From: Lepidodermella squamata
Lineage: Eukaryota > Animalia > Gastrotricha
Assembly (NCBI GenBank): GCA_047495785.1
Contig: JBLDXI010000043.1
Coordinates: forward strand, 1-64,000
Direction of reading: 5' to 3'
Length of the DNA stretch: 64,000 bases
Part shown: positions 22,404 through 33,449 of the stretch, one piece after another
Layout: each line of letters starts with the position of its first letter
How positions within the stretch are numbered: position 1 is the stretch's first letter
The notes under the pieces: generated by a model
What the model was told of the DNA's origin: nothing
The model's database searches: none
What the model saw: only the letters and a program-made list of their open reading frames with translations
Made by a program: the position numbers and the translations under genes

Positions 22404-22859
22404 TTATGATCGTGGTCGACTGTGATGCGGCTGATTGAAGGCTTGTAACATACTTGATTTCAGCTGTTTCTGTTTGAACTTTGCGATAGGTTGAGGGCAA
22501 ATCATGACCAAAAAAGAGGCGACAGAATCTTGCTTTCGTGACTCATGATTGGTAATTGGAACAGCTGGTTTATTTTTCGCCTTGCATGGCGTTTTCGCCG
22601 ATTTAGCAACTGATTTCTTCTCAGTACCTATGACTTTTTTCTGAATTTTATGTTTAGCATTGCGTTTCGGTTGATTACGAACCGCAGTTTTTGCTAATCT
22701 AGAGGCTGATGTTTGTTCAACAGGTTCCTTGGTAAACGTACTCGTATTCGGTTCATTCAGGTTTATTGGTACGAAATCATTGTTAGAAAAAAACAATGGA
22801 GAAGCCGGAGATGAATTGAAGAAAGCTTCCATAAATTCAGTAAGAAGAATAATATTCAA
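22404..22859 (-). CDS. Hypothetical Lys-rich protein
   Basis: ORF only (first ATG MEAFF); basic low-complexity. Confidence 0.4.
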   Translation of the reverse strand: MNIILLTEFMEAFFNSSPASPLFFSNNDFVPINLNEPNTSTFTKEPVEQTSASRLAKTAVRNQPKRNAKHKIQKKVIGTEKKSVAKSAKTPCKAKNKPAVPITNHESRKQDSVASFLVMICPQPIAKFKQKQLKSSMLQAFNQPHHSRPRS

Positions 22860-23000
22860 AGTTCTTGCGTTTGAAATGAAAAATGATCGAATGACGGAAG
22901 CCGGCCGCGGTGATTGGTTGGAGTTGCTGAGCCCCAGAACCTTCTGATTAGGAATGAATAAATAACAAAGGCATTATATAAATAAAATAAACTGACCAAA

Positions 23001-23807
23001 TTAGGTCGAAGAGCTGTTGTTGAAAGGTAAGACGGTAGCGACAGGTTGTAGTGCGATGGAGCGTTGCATGATGCCCGGCCATTTACTATTCGCACCTTCC
23101 TGCTGACCATTAAGAACATCGATGACTGATGCCCATGGAATTTTCTGAGCGTGTTGATAGGGTGGAGGTACGACGTTCTGCATTTCTACTGAGACCCTAC
23201 GACCTGCCCGAAGTAAAAGGTAGAATATGTGCCGCAGGTTTACGCTGACACCATTAAAGTTTTTTAACAAATCGTAAAATAAATGTTGGATGTAGATATA
23301 TCGGCCTTCGGTGTAGGTAGGGTGTGCCGTTAGGCCATACCAGAAACTTTCTTCCAGGCCAGACACAATAATAGGGTTAGGGCTATCGTCGAGGCAATCA
23401 TCCAAAAGGTAATCACTTTCAGTAAAAATAATTGAGTGACAAATGGACGACCATAAATCATCCTGGCGAACAAGGAGCGTGGTAGTATCATTTAGGATGC
23501 TCTTCCATAAATCATGCCCAACGATGGAAGCACAGGTAGCTAAATTATATTCGGCAAAATGTTGAAAATTCGTGCCATCGTGGGTTGATGGGAAGAGACG
23601 AGCAACGGCTCTTTTGTAGCCGAGATAAACATGATCGATAGTAATATGTTGGCCTTTCGAGTTGGCAATCAAATCGAATATGGCGACTTCAGCGAATGTA
23701 ATGCGTCCAGAGAGGGTATTTAGTGATATATTTAATGATTTCGGAGGAAAAAGTAAATCTTCTCGGTAGAAAATCGCTTCATAAGATTCATCATAGCCAA
23801 TAATCAT
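23001..23807 (-). CDS. Hypothetical Maverick cargo protein (268 aa)
   Basis: Long ATG-initiated ORF, co-oriented with neighbours; no recognised motif. Confidence 0.6.
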   Translation of the reverse strand: MIIGYDESYEAIFYREDLLFPPKSLNISLNTLSGRITFAEVAIFDLIANSKGQHITIDHVYLGYKRAVARLFPSTHDGTNFQHFAEYNLATCASIVGHDLWKSILNDTTTLLVRQDDLWSSICHSIIFTESDYLLDDCLDDSPNPIIVSGLEESFWYGLTAHPTYTEGRYIYIQHLFYDLLKNFNGVSVNLRHIFYLLLRAGRRVSVEMQNVVPPPYQHAQKIPWASVIDVLNGQQEGANSKWPGIMQRSIALQPVATVLPFNNSSST

Positions 23808-23891
23808 AGCAACTTATTTGACCTTGCTATCCCTACCTTAATCTTTGCTTTTATTCGATTTTCCTTGAGTAAAAAAATGTTTCTTATATTT

Positions 23892-24123
23892 TTTAGATTA
23901 CAGTTAAGTTGGATTGATAGGAGAAAGTAAAGTTTATTTACAAAACAAGTTAATGGACATATCAGGAAAGAAAGGAGTATTTATAAATGCTAATGGCCAA
24001 AGTAAAAAATATTTATTATATTTTAGATTAAAGTTAAGGGGGATTGATAGGAGAAAGTAATGTTTATTTACAAAAAAGGTTAATGGAAAGTAAGGTGTAT
24101 TTATATAAGCTAATGGACAAAGC
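23892..24123. repeat. Two imperfect ~130-bp direct repeats
   Basis: GGATTGATAGGAGAAAGTAA at 23911 and 24041 with similar flanks. Confidence 0.8.
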
Positions 24124-24200
24124 AGGAAAAAAGATGAGCTAGCTTGAGTTCTTAGATTACTGTATCTAATCAAGTATCTTTTTGGAAACTAAGAAAATTG

Positions 24201-24476
24201 ATGGAAGCAGAAGACATGTAAGTTTGGTTCTTTTTTAAAAAATCTTGAATAAATTCTGTTATGTTTAGTCGTGAACGCTTATATCAAGCACTGCTAAGCA
24301 TTGACCATCTGCAACGAGCAATGACAGCAGCTATAAACGAAATGTTGAACACACAATTGGAGGTTGAACAATTGATCAATGATGCATCACGATTTATGAT
24401 AGCAACTCGAGCAAGAGATCAGGCATGCAGCCTAGATTGTGGTGATTGGAATTGTAATTACTGTTACAAAGATTGA
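24201..24476 (+). CDS. Small 2-exon protein (74 aa) with C-terminal 4-Cys cluster; intron 24218-24268
   Basis: ATG..AT^GTAAGT...TTTAG; CSLDCGDWNCNYC; AATAAA just downstream. Confidence 0.55.
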
Positions 24477-24655
24477 AAAATTAAAAATAAATTATCATGT
24501 GTGCATTTTTTATATTACAAATTAATTCCCAGAAAGAATGCAAAAGCATGACTCATAATAGTTTTAGAAAAAAAGTATGCCCGCTGTATATTTTATCATA
24601 AACATTGCGTACATTTATGGGGCAATGGATAAAACGCACTTATATATTTATGTGA

Positions 24656-24842
24656 AACGGTTATAGTAAAAATGACCGTAGTGCTATTACTGATACAACG
24701 CTCGTATATTTATGCCAAATGGCTATAGTAAAAATCGCCGTACTGCCATTACTGATCCCAAATTGCGTATATTTATACCAAACGGCTATAGTAAAAATCG
24801 CCGTACTGCCATTACTGATCCAAAGTTCCCATCCTTACTACT
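24656..24842. repeat. Maverick terminal region: three ~62-bp subterminal repeats and ACTACT end
   Basis: GGCTATAGTAAAAATCGCCGTACTGCCATTACTGATCC repeated; terminal ACTACT. Confidence 0.85.
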
Positions 24843-25332
24843 TCTGCTGCCACGGCGGTTTGTCGCCCGATCTTCAATCTATGGACCAGATCCGGCGAAT
24901 CAAACGACCATTTGAGATCCCATCGAAAGGCTTGGCCTGCGATCTACTCTGGTCTGACCCTAGCTCTGAAACTCCAGGCTGGCAGCAGAATGATCGTGGG
25001 GTGTCACTAACCTTTGGAGCTGATGTTGTGGCTGAGTTTTTGAATCGTCACGATTTAGATCTGATTTGCCGGGCGCATCAAGTTGTCGAGGATGGTTATG
25101 AATTTTTCGCGCAGCAGAAGTTGGTTACGATTTTTTCGGCACCGAACTACTGCGGCGAGTTTGAAAACTCAGCTGCTGTTTTGTCGGTTGACGAAACGCT
25201 GCTATGTTCATTTCAGGTACTCATTACTTCGTTGTTACAGCTGGAAATTGAATATGAAAATGCTTTGTTTCATTTTAGATTATACGACCTGCTAGGAACC
25301 CTATGTATCAAAGTCAGCGGCCGAACTTGTGA
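24843..25332 (+). pseudogene. Ser/Thr protein phosphatase 1 catalytic subunit, 3' half, interrupted by the Maverick (intron 25217-25278)
   Basis: [47 protein letters not shown]. Confidence 0.93.
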
Positions 25333-26264
25333 CAGATTCGATAATGAATAAAAAGCCAAAGACCTAGCTTTACCACTTCCTGAAATCTGAAACCTGAGTT
25401 ACCCTAGTTTTTTTTAATTTTATCCACTTCTATGCCTGATTAATGACGCCGAAGTTTAGCTCTGGCAGCAGCGAGTTATGTTTTCAAATTCTAACTTTGC
25501 CAAAAGGGGCGTAGCCAGCTGGTTGATTTGGTTGATCAAACAACAATCAAAATGAATACTGAAAAATACCTCATCGGCCAGTTTTCACTAGAATATGGCT
25601 AGAATTGCCTATGACTCGAATAACATGTTTGCAAAATTGCCAAAAATGTTCTCGCTTCACTCTAAATGCTGATATTTCAATATTTCTCATTTCTTATTGA
25701 AAATCGGCACTTGTCGACCTAGGATTTTTCTAGGTGAAATGAAAATGTCACTCTCAGATCCATAACAACAACCAAGATTCGTCCAGAAAAGGCGTTACGG
25801 TCCTAGAACATGAGCGAATTTCAGCACTCTTGTAGGACATGGTGTAATTTACACGGAGATAGGTTTAAACACGCGCCTGAATTCCGCCATGTGTCGGTAT
25901 TTCATCACGTGCATTTTATGCATGAGTGTACAAGGGCGCGATTGCACGATGGAATATAGCCCTCATCCTTTCATGACGAAGACAATAACACGAATCTAAC
26001 TTAATAATTTACCGCCCGTATGGTAAGCCAATCGTCACCTGGCATCACATGGTTATCCCAGATGTTCATTTGCATTACTAGTTGGTGATACCATTTCAGT
26101 GCGCGATATACGTCTTCGCATCAACATCGTTTATTGAATCAGTCGCCTTAAATTCTCCTTGCCGCCCTTCATCAATACGACCAGTGCTGGAGTATCCTGC
26201 TCCAGCTTACTTCATTATCTTCTTTTTCTTCCTCAATACCACTACATCAGACAACCGAATCATA

Positions 26265-26531
26265 ATGGCACAACTCGTTTTGGTTATCTTTCTTATGGTA
26301 AGATGAGATGATTGATCAGGCTAATTTCTGATAAATGTTGTTGATATATTTTTACAACAGGCCGCTTTGTCTGCGATAACGCTCGCGATTTACTCAGCAC
26401 CGCACGCCGGCGGCATGTGCATAAGCGTCGGCGAGGCTGGTGAATGGCAGTACACGACGAACGGTTGGCGATGCGTCAGCAAAGGTGCAGGTCGGGAAGA
26501 TCGTATGGACTGGAACTCATGGAGTTGGTAG
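26265..26531 (+). CDS. Small secreted peptide (67 aa, 2 Cys, Trp-rich end), copy 1; intron 26298-26360
   Basis: Signal peptide split by GT-AG intron; conserved in tandem copy. Confidence 0.7.
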
Positions 26532-27604
26532 CATAGCCATTTGACCCGTCAATCGTGACAGATTTGAGGCAGAACGCCAAGTTGCGAAGCGCGAAATTCT
26601 TCTGGGAGTCGCTGAAAATGTGCTGCTTTGCGAATTTATAATATATCTCATGTCTTATAAATTATCATATTAAAATACTTGAAATTTGAAATTGGAGAAT
26701 ACTGATACTGATAGTATGATTTATTTCCTGAATCCGCGTTTGCACCACACTGATATAAATGTGTGCAGGAGAGCCGGGAATCACTAAAAGACGGATAATG
26801 CGGACCCGTAACCGTTAAAATAAGCCCAGCATCCTAGACCATGAGCGAATTTCAGCAATCCTGTATGACATCATTGTTTTTGAGCTAAATAGTTGAACTT
26901 CTGGGCGTGCGCTGATTGGTCAATCGATCGAATCGCGTCAATCAATCGATCGATCGGTCAATCCATCGATCGATCGTACAATAAATTGATCATCGCACGG
27001 GTCAAAGATTAACTTATTACTTGAAACAAAATGATAGTGTAATTGACACGGAAATCGGTGTAAACATGCGCCTGAATTCCGCCATGGATCGGTATTTCAT
27101 CACGTGCATTTTATGCATGAGTGTAAGAGGGCGCGATAGCACGATGGAATAGCCTCATTCATTAATGTCGAAAACAATAACACGAATCTAACGCCATTAT
27201 TGATCAAAATTTACCGTCCGTATGGTAGTTTTTCTGTGAATCATCACCTGGCATCACATGGTTATTTCAGATGTTCGTTTTTTTATTAGTTGGTGACGCC
27301 ATTCGAGTGCGCGATACGTCTTAGCATCAACAGCATGCCTCTTCGTTTATTGAATCAGTCGCCTTAAATGTTCCTGGCCGCTCTTCACGCCGCATCATCA
27401 ATACGAGTATCCTGCTCAAGCTTATTTAATTCTCTTCTTTTTACCCATTAAAGCCCAGAATGTTTTCGGAAAATATTTTCATTTTTCTTTCCCTATTGAC
27501 ACGTGCTTTTCCGAAAGAGAAAAATTCGGGGATTAAGAATCTGAAAACCGCATATTTCTTTTAATAACCCTATTCTATTAATTTCATCAGTCAACCGAAT
27601 TATC

Positions 27605-27861
27605 ATGGCAAAACTCGTTTTGGTTATATTTCTTTTCGTAAGATGAGATTATTAATCATGCTAATTTCTGATATAATATAAGTATAACAGGCCGCTTTGT
27701 CTGCGATAACGCTCGCGATTTACTCAGCACCGCACGCCGGCGGCATGTGCATAAGCGTCGGCGAGGCTGGTGAATGGCAGTACACAACGAACGGCTGGCG
27801 ATGCGTCAGCAAAGGTGCAGGTCGGGAAGATCAAATGGACTGGAACTCATGGAGTTGGTAG
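27605..27861 (+). CDS. Small secreted peptide, copy 2; intron 27638-27690
   Basis: Near-identical exons to copy 1 within ~1.2-kb tandem duplication. Confidence 0.7.
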
Positions 27862-28114
27862 TATTGCCATTTGAGCCGTCAAACCAAAGAAGAACCATGA
27901 CAGATTTGAGAGAGAACGCCCAGCAGAGAAGCTCGAAAAACTTGCGGGATTTGCTGAAAATATGCTGCTGATGAGCGAATGGTGGTTTGCGAGTGTATAT
28001 ATTTTATGTCTTATAAATTATCATATAAAATACATTGGAGAATACTGATACTGAAATGAACATGAGTTCTGAGCAGGGGCGTAACAAAGGGGGGCCAGAG
28101 CCTAGCTGGGAAAA

Positions 28115-28445
28115 CTCACTCGAAATACCACAGGTATGCTTCTCAGGTGTGAGTGCTATGACCATGGGACTTGGATTTTTAGATTCCTCAACTAACGACG
28201 AATCGTTTTATATAAAAATTAACTGCTTAAATTTAAGATCTGAATCGCAAAGATTCATTGATCGAAAAATGCCTTATAAAAATGGCAGCAGTGCTATGAT
28301 TCATCGCAATTTTGCATATTCATGAAACTTATGAAGCCGAATTTTTATATAACACGATTCGTCGTTAGTTGAAGAATCTAAAAATCCAAGTCCCATGGTC
28401 ATATCACTCACACCTGAGAAGCATACCTGTGGTATTTCGAGTGAG
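28115..28445. mobile_element. MITE/foldback element with ~105-bp TIRs
   Basis: CTCACTCGAAATACCACAGG... / ...CCTGTGGTATTTCGAGTGAG. Confidence 0.85.
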
Positions 28446-29064
28446 CCGCTAATTGCCGGGTCCACCTGGAAAAATGAATTTAATGTGAGAATGCAGCAAA
28501 AGGCCTTGTTATTATTGCTGAAACTCCATTTTTTGCCTCACGCGCATAAATCGTATTTGTTGCCTCCTGAACTATCCCGCGCGAAAACATCAATAACAAT
28601 TAAAAAAACGTGAGCGGCGCTCGTGCCGCCAAACCAACTACACCACCGACTCCGATGTATCGGCAGTGCCGATTTTGGAATATAAGCCGATTGCAAAGTC
28701 ACGGGCGCGGACAATAGTTAAAATCAGCTAGAGTCAACATTTCTTCCCGCACACTTTCACGCACTTCCTGAGGGTCGGCCCGCACTCCTCACGCACCGTC
28801 CCGCACTAGTGCGGGAAGATGGTGTATTTTGGTCCGAAGAAACCTGATAATTATGTGCAGGCCCAAGGCCCCCCAGGCCCCCCCCCTGCCGACATGTTTC
28901 CGACAAGGTCGTTTTATACATCCCAATGGAGTGTTTTGTCTTCCCTGAAGCCTGAAGTGGGCCAAGCGGTCCGGTAGCGCTTTAATTATATACTTCTTCC
29001 AACTTCAAAACATTGAACACACGCCAGACCGTCTGCCAGACCATAGCATTTACCACCACATTTA

Positions 29065-29987
29065 TGCTGGATTTATAAACTACTTCGGACGGCCATCCGA
29101 AGTTCGGACGTTCGAAGTTACGTAATACGCGCCAAAGTTGGGCGCGCGCACGTCCGAAGAACGAGATCGTCATTTATATACGCGCACACCTTCGGACGGC
29201 GCGCGCGACGCGAGAACAATAGGGCGCACCGAAGTATCCGAAGCGCGAGAACAATAGACTTCGGACCGCCGCGCTTCGGATGGGCCGTCCGAAGCGTCCG
29301 AATCCGAAGAGCCGAAGCTACACGCATTAAAACAATAAAAGCGGGCAGAAAAGCGCAGTAAATTAGAAAACACCGGAAGCGACAGCTATTAAGATTTGTA
29401 TCAAAGCGCTAGTAATCCACCTTATTGCTGTGCGCTCGTGACATGCGCTCCTTGACTTGACCCTTGACACTTGACAATTACGCTTGTCGCCTTGCCGCGT
29501 GCTTAAACCCGCGCTCGCCGGCATACTCATGACTGAGCTAATTACGAGGCCGCTACACCTTGCGCCCGTGCAAGTTACCGCCCGCTGTGCGTGCAAACAA
29601 CTGGTGCCATAGACCGCGGATGTAATAGCTAAAACATCAAAAATGTTGAATTTTTTTATTTTTCGATGAAATTGATATGCTTATGCTCTTCTCGATATGA
29701 AGAACTCGTTTACATTAAATTAAGCAGCATTTGAGCATTTTTCCGCATTTTTGTAACCCGACCCTGTCGATTAGGCGCACTCGCCGAGGATGCGTCATGC
29801 CGCGCCACGCACTTTTGTTCGGAGCCGCGCGCGCCTTACAACTTCGGAGAGCGAACAATAGAATCGTCGGACGAAATTCGCCGCACTTCGGAACTGATAA
29901 GGCGTCCGAAGTTACGCGCATCTGCTCCGAAGTTCGGATACACCCGTCCGAACCGAAGCGCCGTCCGAAGTGTTTATAAATCCAGCA
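29065..29987. mobile_element. PIF/Harbinger-like non-autonomous element, TTA target duplication
   Basis: TIR TGCTGGATTTATAAAC / GTTTATAAATCCAGCA, TTA on both flanks, many internal TTCGGA/TCCGAA motifs. Confidence 0.75.
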
Positions 29988-30313
29988 TTACTCGGTTTCC
30001 TTGTATAGAGCCGTAGCACGCTCGATGAATCAATCGGCTAATATGAGCGAAATGTGATAAAATGAGGTATGAAATTCGATATGAAAGATGTTCCAAACAT
30101 TTCCAAAGTGCGAAGGAATAGATGTTAGATAGGATCTTCATAAACGGTCGTTATGACCATCGCTACCATCTTTGAGAACGCAACATTTGTTCGCAGAGAT
30201 TAACTCTTCTTACAGAAGATTTAATAACCAGACGCATAATATCGCCATAATATTACATACATATGGTAGGCGCAGCGATCCACATTTCGCTTCTTTACGC
30301 GAAAATAACGAAC

Positions 30314-31531
30314 ATGAAGCTTTATTTGGTATCTTTATGCTTCATTTTAGTCCTAATTCTGCTGATCAGCGCCGATGCGAAGAAAAAGCACGGGAAGAAA
30401 CATGGTCGAAAAGCGTCGGCGACGGACGAACAAGAAGCCGGAAGCACGAAGATTAGCAAGAAAGGGAAGGGTGGCAAGAGAGGCAAGACGACAACTTTTG
30501 AGGTAATCGACAGTTCCGAAGAGCTGAAGCAAAATAATGACGATGTCAAGCCTGTCGAAGTCACAACGCCCCTTTCGGAGGCGAAAGAAGACAGCACCGA
30601 TAAGCTGAAGCAAAAGCACGATGCGAAGAAAAAGCACGGGAGGAAACATGGTCGAAAAGCGTCGGCGGCGGACGAACAAGACGGCAGAAGCACGAATATT
30701 GGCAAGAAAGGGAAAGGTGGGAAGGGAGGCAAGGGGGCAACTTTTGAGGTAATCGACAGTTCCGAAGAGCTGAAGCAAAATAATGACGATGTCAAGCCTG
30801 TCGAAGTCACAACGCTCCCTTCGGCGACTAAAGAAGACACTTCCGATAAGCCGAAGCAAAACGATGGCGGCAGAGTGGCTGTCAAGGCTGTCGAAGTTAC
30901 AACGCCCCCACCGGAGGCGGACGAAGACCATCCCTGGTACGTGGTAGACGAAGATGTGGTACATTCTACAATCCATCTTCCTAAAAACACGAAAATTCGG
31001 CCAAATACTTACATATTAAATGCGCCCCGATTGTACGAGGCGTATTTAAAAAGTTACGCTTTGGACGAATTGGCAAAGCAGGCTGGTGTGCATGACAACG
31101 TCAAGTTTGCATTGAGAGCGGTCGCATTCAAAAAGGCAAATGCTGACAGCAAGTCGAATGAAATGCATGTGAACATTTTGGTAGAATCGACTATTGCTGC
31201 TGAACGATGCAGGATCTTTCGGGCGCATATGATCAAACTTTACGATCTTCAGCCTTATCTTGTTGACATAACGAGACATCCTTCGTGTGAGCCTCAGGAA
31301 AACATGCCTGATTTTACAACAGATCCATCCGTGCAACTGCGACAATCTGTTATTGACGATTTGAAGCCAACTTTCTTATTAAAACCCGCTCGCTATCGCT
31401 GTCCAATACGTCGTCCAATACTTCGTCCAATACGTCGTCCAATACTTCGTCCAATACGTCGCCCAATACGTCGTCCAATACTTCGTCCAATACGTCGCCC
31501 AATACGTCGTCCAATACGTCGTTATCATTAG
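30314..31531 (+). CDS. Secreted protein with 2x82-aa Lys/His-rich repeat and C-terminal (R/L)RPI repeat
   Basis: MKLYLVSLCFILVLILLISADA signal peptide; single exon; AATAAA downstream. Confidence 0.8.
   Translation: MKLYLVSLCFILVLILLISADAKKKHGKKHGRKASATDEQEAGSTKISKKGKGGKRGKTTTFEVIDSSEELKQNNDDVKPVEVTTPLSEAKEDSTDKLKQKHDAKKKHGRKHGRKASAADEQDGRSTNIGKKGKGGKGGKGATFEVIDSSEELKQNNDDVKPVEVTTLPSATKEDTSDKPKQNDGGRVAVKAVEVTTPPPEADEDHPWYVVDEDVVHSTIHLPKNTKIRPNTYILNAPRLYEAYLKSYALDELAKQAGVHDNVKFALRAVAFKKANADSKSNEMHVNILVESTIAAERCRIFRAHMIKLYDLQPYLVDITRHPSCEPQENMPDFTTDPSVQLRQSVIDDLKPTFLLKPARYRCPIRRPILRPIRRPILRPIRRPIRRPILRPIRRPIRRPIRRYH
31400..31522 (+). repeat. 12-bp coding tandem repeat (CGTCCAATACKT)
   Basis: About 10 units seen directly. 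Confidence 0.95.
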
Positions 31532-31721
31532 TTTCGTAACACCCAAAACTATGTAAAATTGGACAATATTGGTCAATAAATGAGGGTTGTCAATGTAAAA
31601 ACCTTGCTATAAAAACAACGTGTAAAAGCAGTTTAGCTACAGTAGGTATTTATCGAACGGGCTTTTCCACGTGTAGAAACCCCTATTTGAGAAAATTCGT
31701 AAACTTGTGCTTTGAAAATTG

Positions 31722-32165
31722 CATGTGACGTAGATAGGACGCCGCACTCAGAGCACGCCGGCAGACAAGAAGACGTGTTCACTTTTTTCCTCATTAATAT
31801 TCAGAATATTTTGCAGCTTAAAAAAATAAAATGGTCGGGCTCAATTCGAAGAAGTTGTTTAATAATTAAAATTAAACAATTCAAAATTAATAGTTCAAGT
31901 TTCAAAGATCGTGAAAAGTAGTGATTTGGCGCGGTTTCCGAGACTCTACAAAAAGGAGATGCATCTTTAAAGATGAATTCAGCTGATGAAATGGCAGCAT
32001 CTGCCCAAAATTACACAGAAATAGCAAACAAAATATTTTGGCGGAAAAAACGACATGATTCATCTCATTAAATTTTAAACGATAAACTTTGCCCCTTATA
32101 TCAGTCTGACTTCAGTTTTTCGTGTCCGAAAACCGCTTAGTGCGGCGTCCTATCTACGTCACATG
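31722..32165. mobile_element. MITE with ~26-bp TIRs
   Basis: CATGTGACGTAGATAGGACGCCGCACT / AGTGCGGCGTCCTATCTACGTCACATG. Confidence 0.75.
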
Positions 32166-32940
32166 GTTGATTGGACCCGCCTGAGCGTTGGAGGTTTGGT
32201 TTCACACCCGATTACCCGAAGTCGAGTTTCGCAAGCGAGGCTAAATGCAAAATGGATATAAGAATCGATATATCAGACATCGAAAGTGGGCAAAGGACCT
32301 TAGTTTCGTACTTCGAACGTGTTTTTGCTACAACTTACCTTAACATCAAACATCGTCGGTCATGATCCCGTGATCGCGAGAACCCGTCACCGTTACACTG
32401 GTGCATCGGCCGGGAAGTAGTGATCGTGGCAGTCGCTACAACCCGTTGGCCTGGAATCAGGGACTGTGGCAACCCTGCAACCTGTGAACACCGTGCACTG
32501 GTTAAACGTGAATGAAGAGGCAAAAACAAAAGACCAGTTTGCGACTTTCAGGGGGGGATGGGGGGATCATCCACCCCCCAGCTCGGCCGGGCCAGACGAC
32601 AAAATGAGAATTTATCAGTGCGCGAAGTACGGGGGGGAATGAGGGGTATCGTACCCCCCAGTTGACAAGGCCAAAGTGAAAAATCCCCCAAAAAACCACA
32701 GGGGGGACCCTTTGGTCATAAAATTTGGGCCCGAAAATACCCCCTAGCTCGAGGATCCTACTTCGCGCACTGGAATTTATCCCCCTATTTCGTCCATTTT
32801 GAGAGGTTCTGGGGCGTGAAAATCTGCAAAATTTTCTCGCTTCGTTCGGTTATCCGCCAAAATAACTACTAATTTTGGCAAATGCAGCAAAAAAGTTTTT
32901 CGATCCCTGCTGGCAGCTCGAGGATCCAAGATCGCACCCT

Positions 32941-33449
32941 GCTTATGTAATCTTTCCAGGGCTGCAAAACATGAACGACTTCCCGCGCACCGATTTAAAT
33001 TTCCCGCTAAACCCGCTCGCTCGCTTCGCTCGCTCGTCAAAAAGCTTGTCAAAGAGCTTGTCAAAAACTTCATTTTTGTCTTTTTAAGCCAAGTTTGTGC
33101 GATCAGTGAATAATTTTTTCCAAGCGCGCGCGTCGGGTTGCCCACGAAAACTGAGTCCTAACGCGTGCAGTTATTAATTTCTGATTCACAGTAACGCGAG
33201 CACACGCAAATTTTAGTAAAATATCGCTAATAGTCTCCTGTAAAATCGCTCGAAACAAAAAATTCGTGGTGAATTAGTAGGTCGCACGCTCTGCCACAGA
33301 AGACGAATATAATAAGCCCTAAAAGCCAATATGAGGTTGGTATGAAATATAGAACGGAATACACCGCGAGCGAGCGGGTTTAGAGGGAAATTTAAATCGG
33401 TGCGCGGGAAGTCGTGCATGTTTTGCAGCCCTGGAAAGATTACATAAGC
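32941..33449. mobile_element. MITE with ~84-bp TIRs
   Basis: GCTTATGTAATCTTTCCAGGGCTGC... / ...GCAGCCCTGGAAAGATTACATAAGC. Confidence 0.8.

Larger units (their letters stand above)
18..23640. repeat. Giant fold-back inverted repeat: arms 18-11694 and 11967-23640, 272-bp spacer
   Basis: Mirror-image ORF sets; arm ends TCGTTGTTTAATCT / AGATTAAACAACGA; differences I saw are small indels and one 17-bp swap. Confidence 0.98.
11695..24842. mobile_element. Maverick/Polinton (adintovirus-like) element, right portion to terminus
   Basis: pPolB, INT, ATPase, PRO, MCP, mCP all present; ends in ACTACT at 24837-24842 (AGTAGT terminus) after subterminal repeats. Confidence 0.96.

Noticed and set aside
24656-24821. 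Three ~40-bp repeats with short spacers, CRISPR-like look
   Set aside because: Spacers are similar to each other, context is eukaryotic, no cas genes; these are Maverick subterminal repeats
24719-25351. 210-aa ORF as a complete PP1 gene
   Set aside because: N-terminus is Maverick TIR, C-terminus reads through an intron, and N-terminal metal-binding motifs are absent
26500-26531. WNSWSW as darobactin-like RiPP core
   Set aside because: Superficial similarity; eukaryotic spliced gene with no modifying enzyme nearby
30322-31576. Minus-strand ORFs incl. TTYW repeats
   Set aside because: Antisense shadows of the 30314-31531 gene
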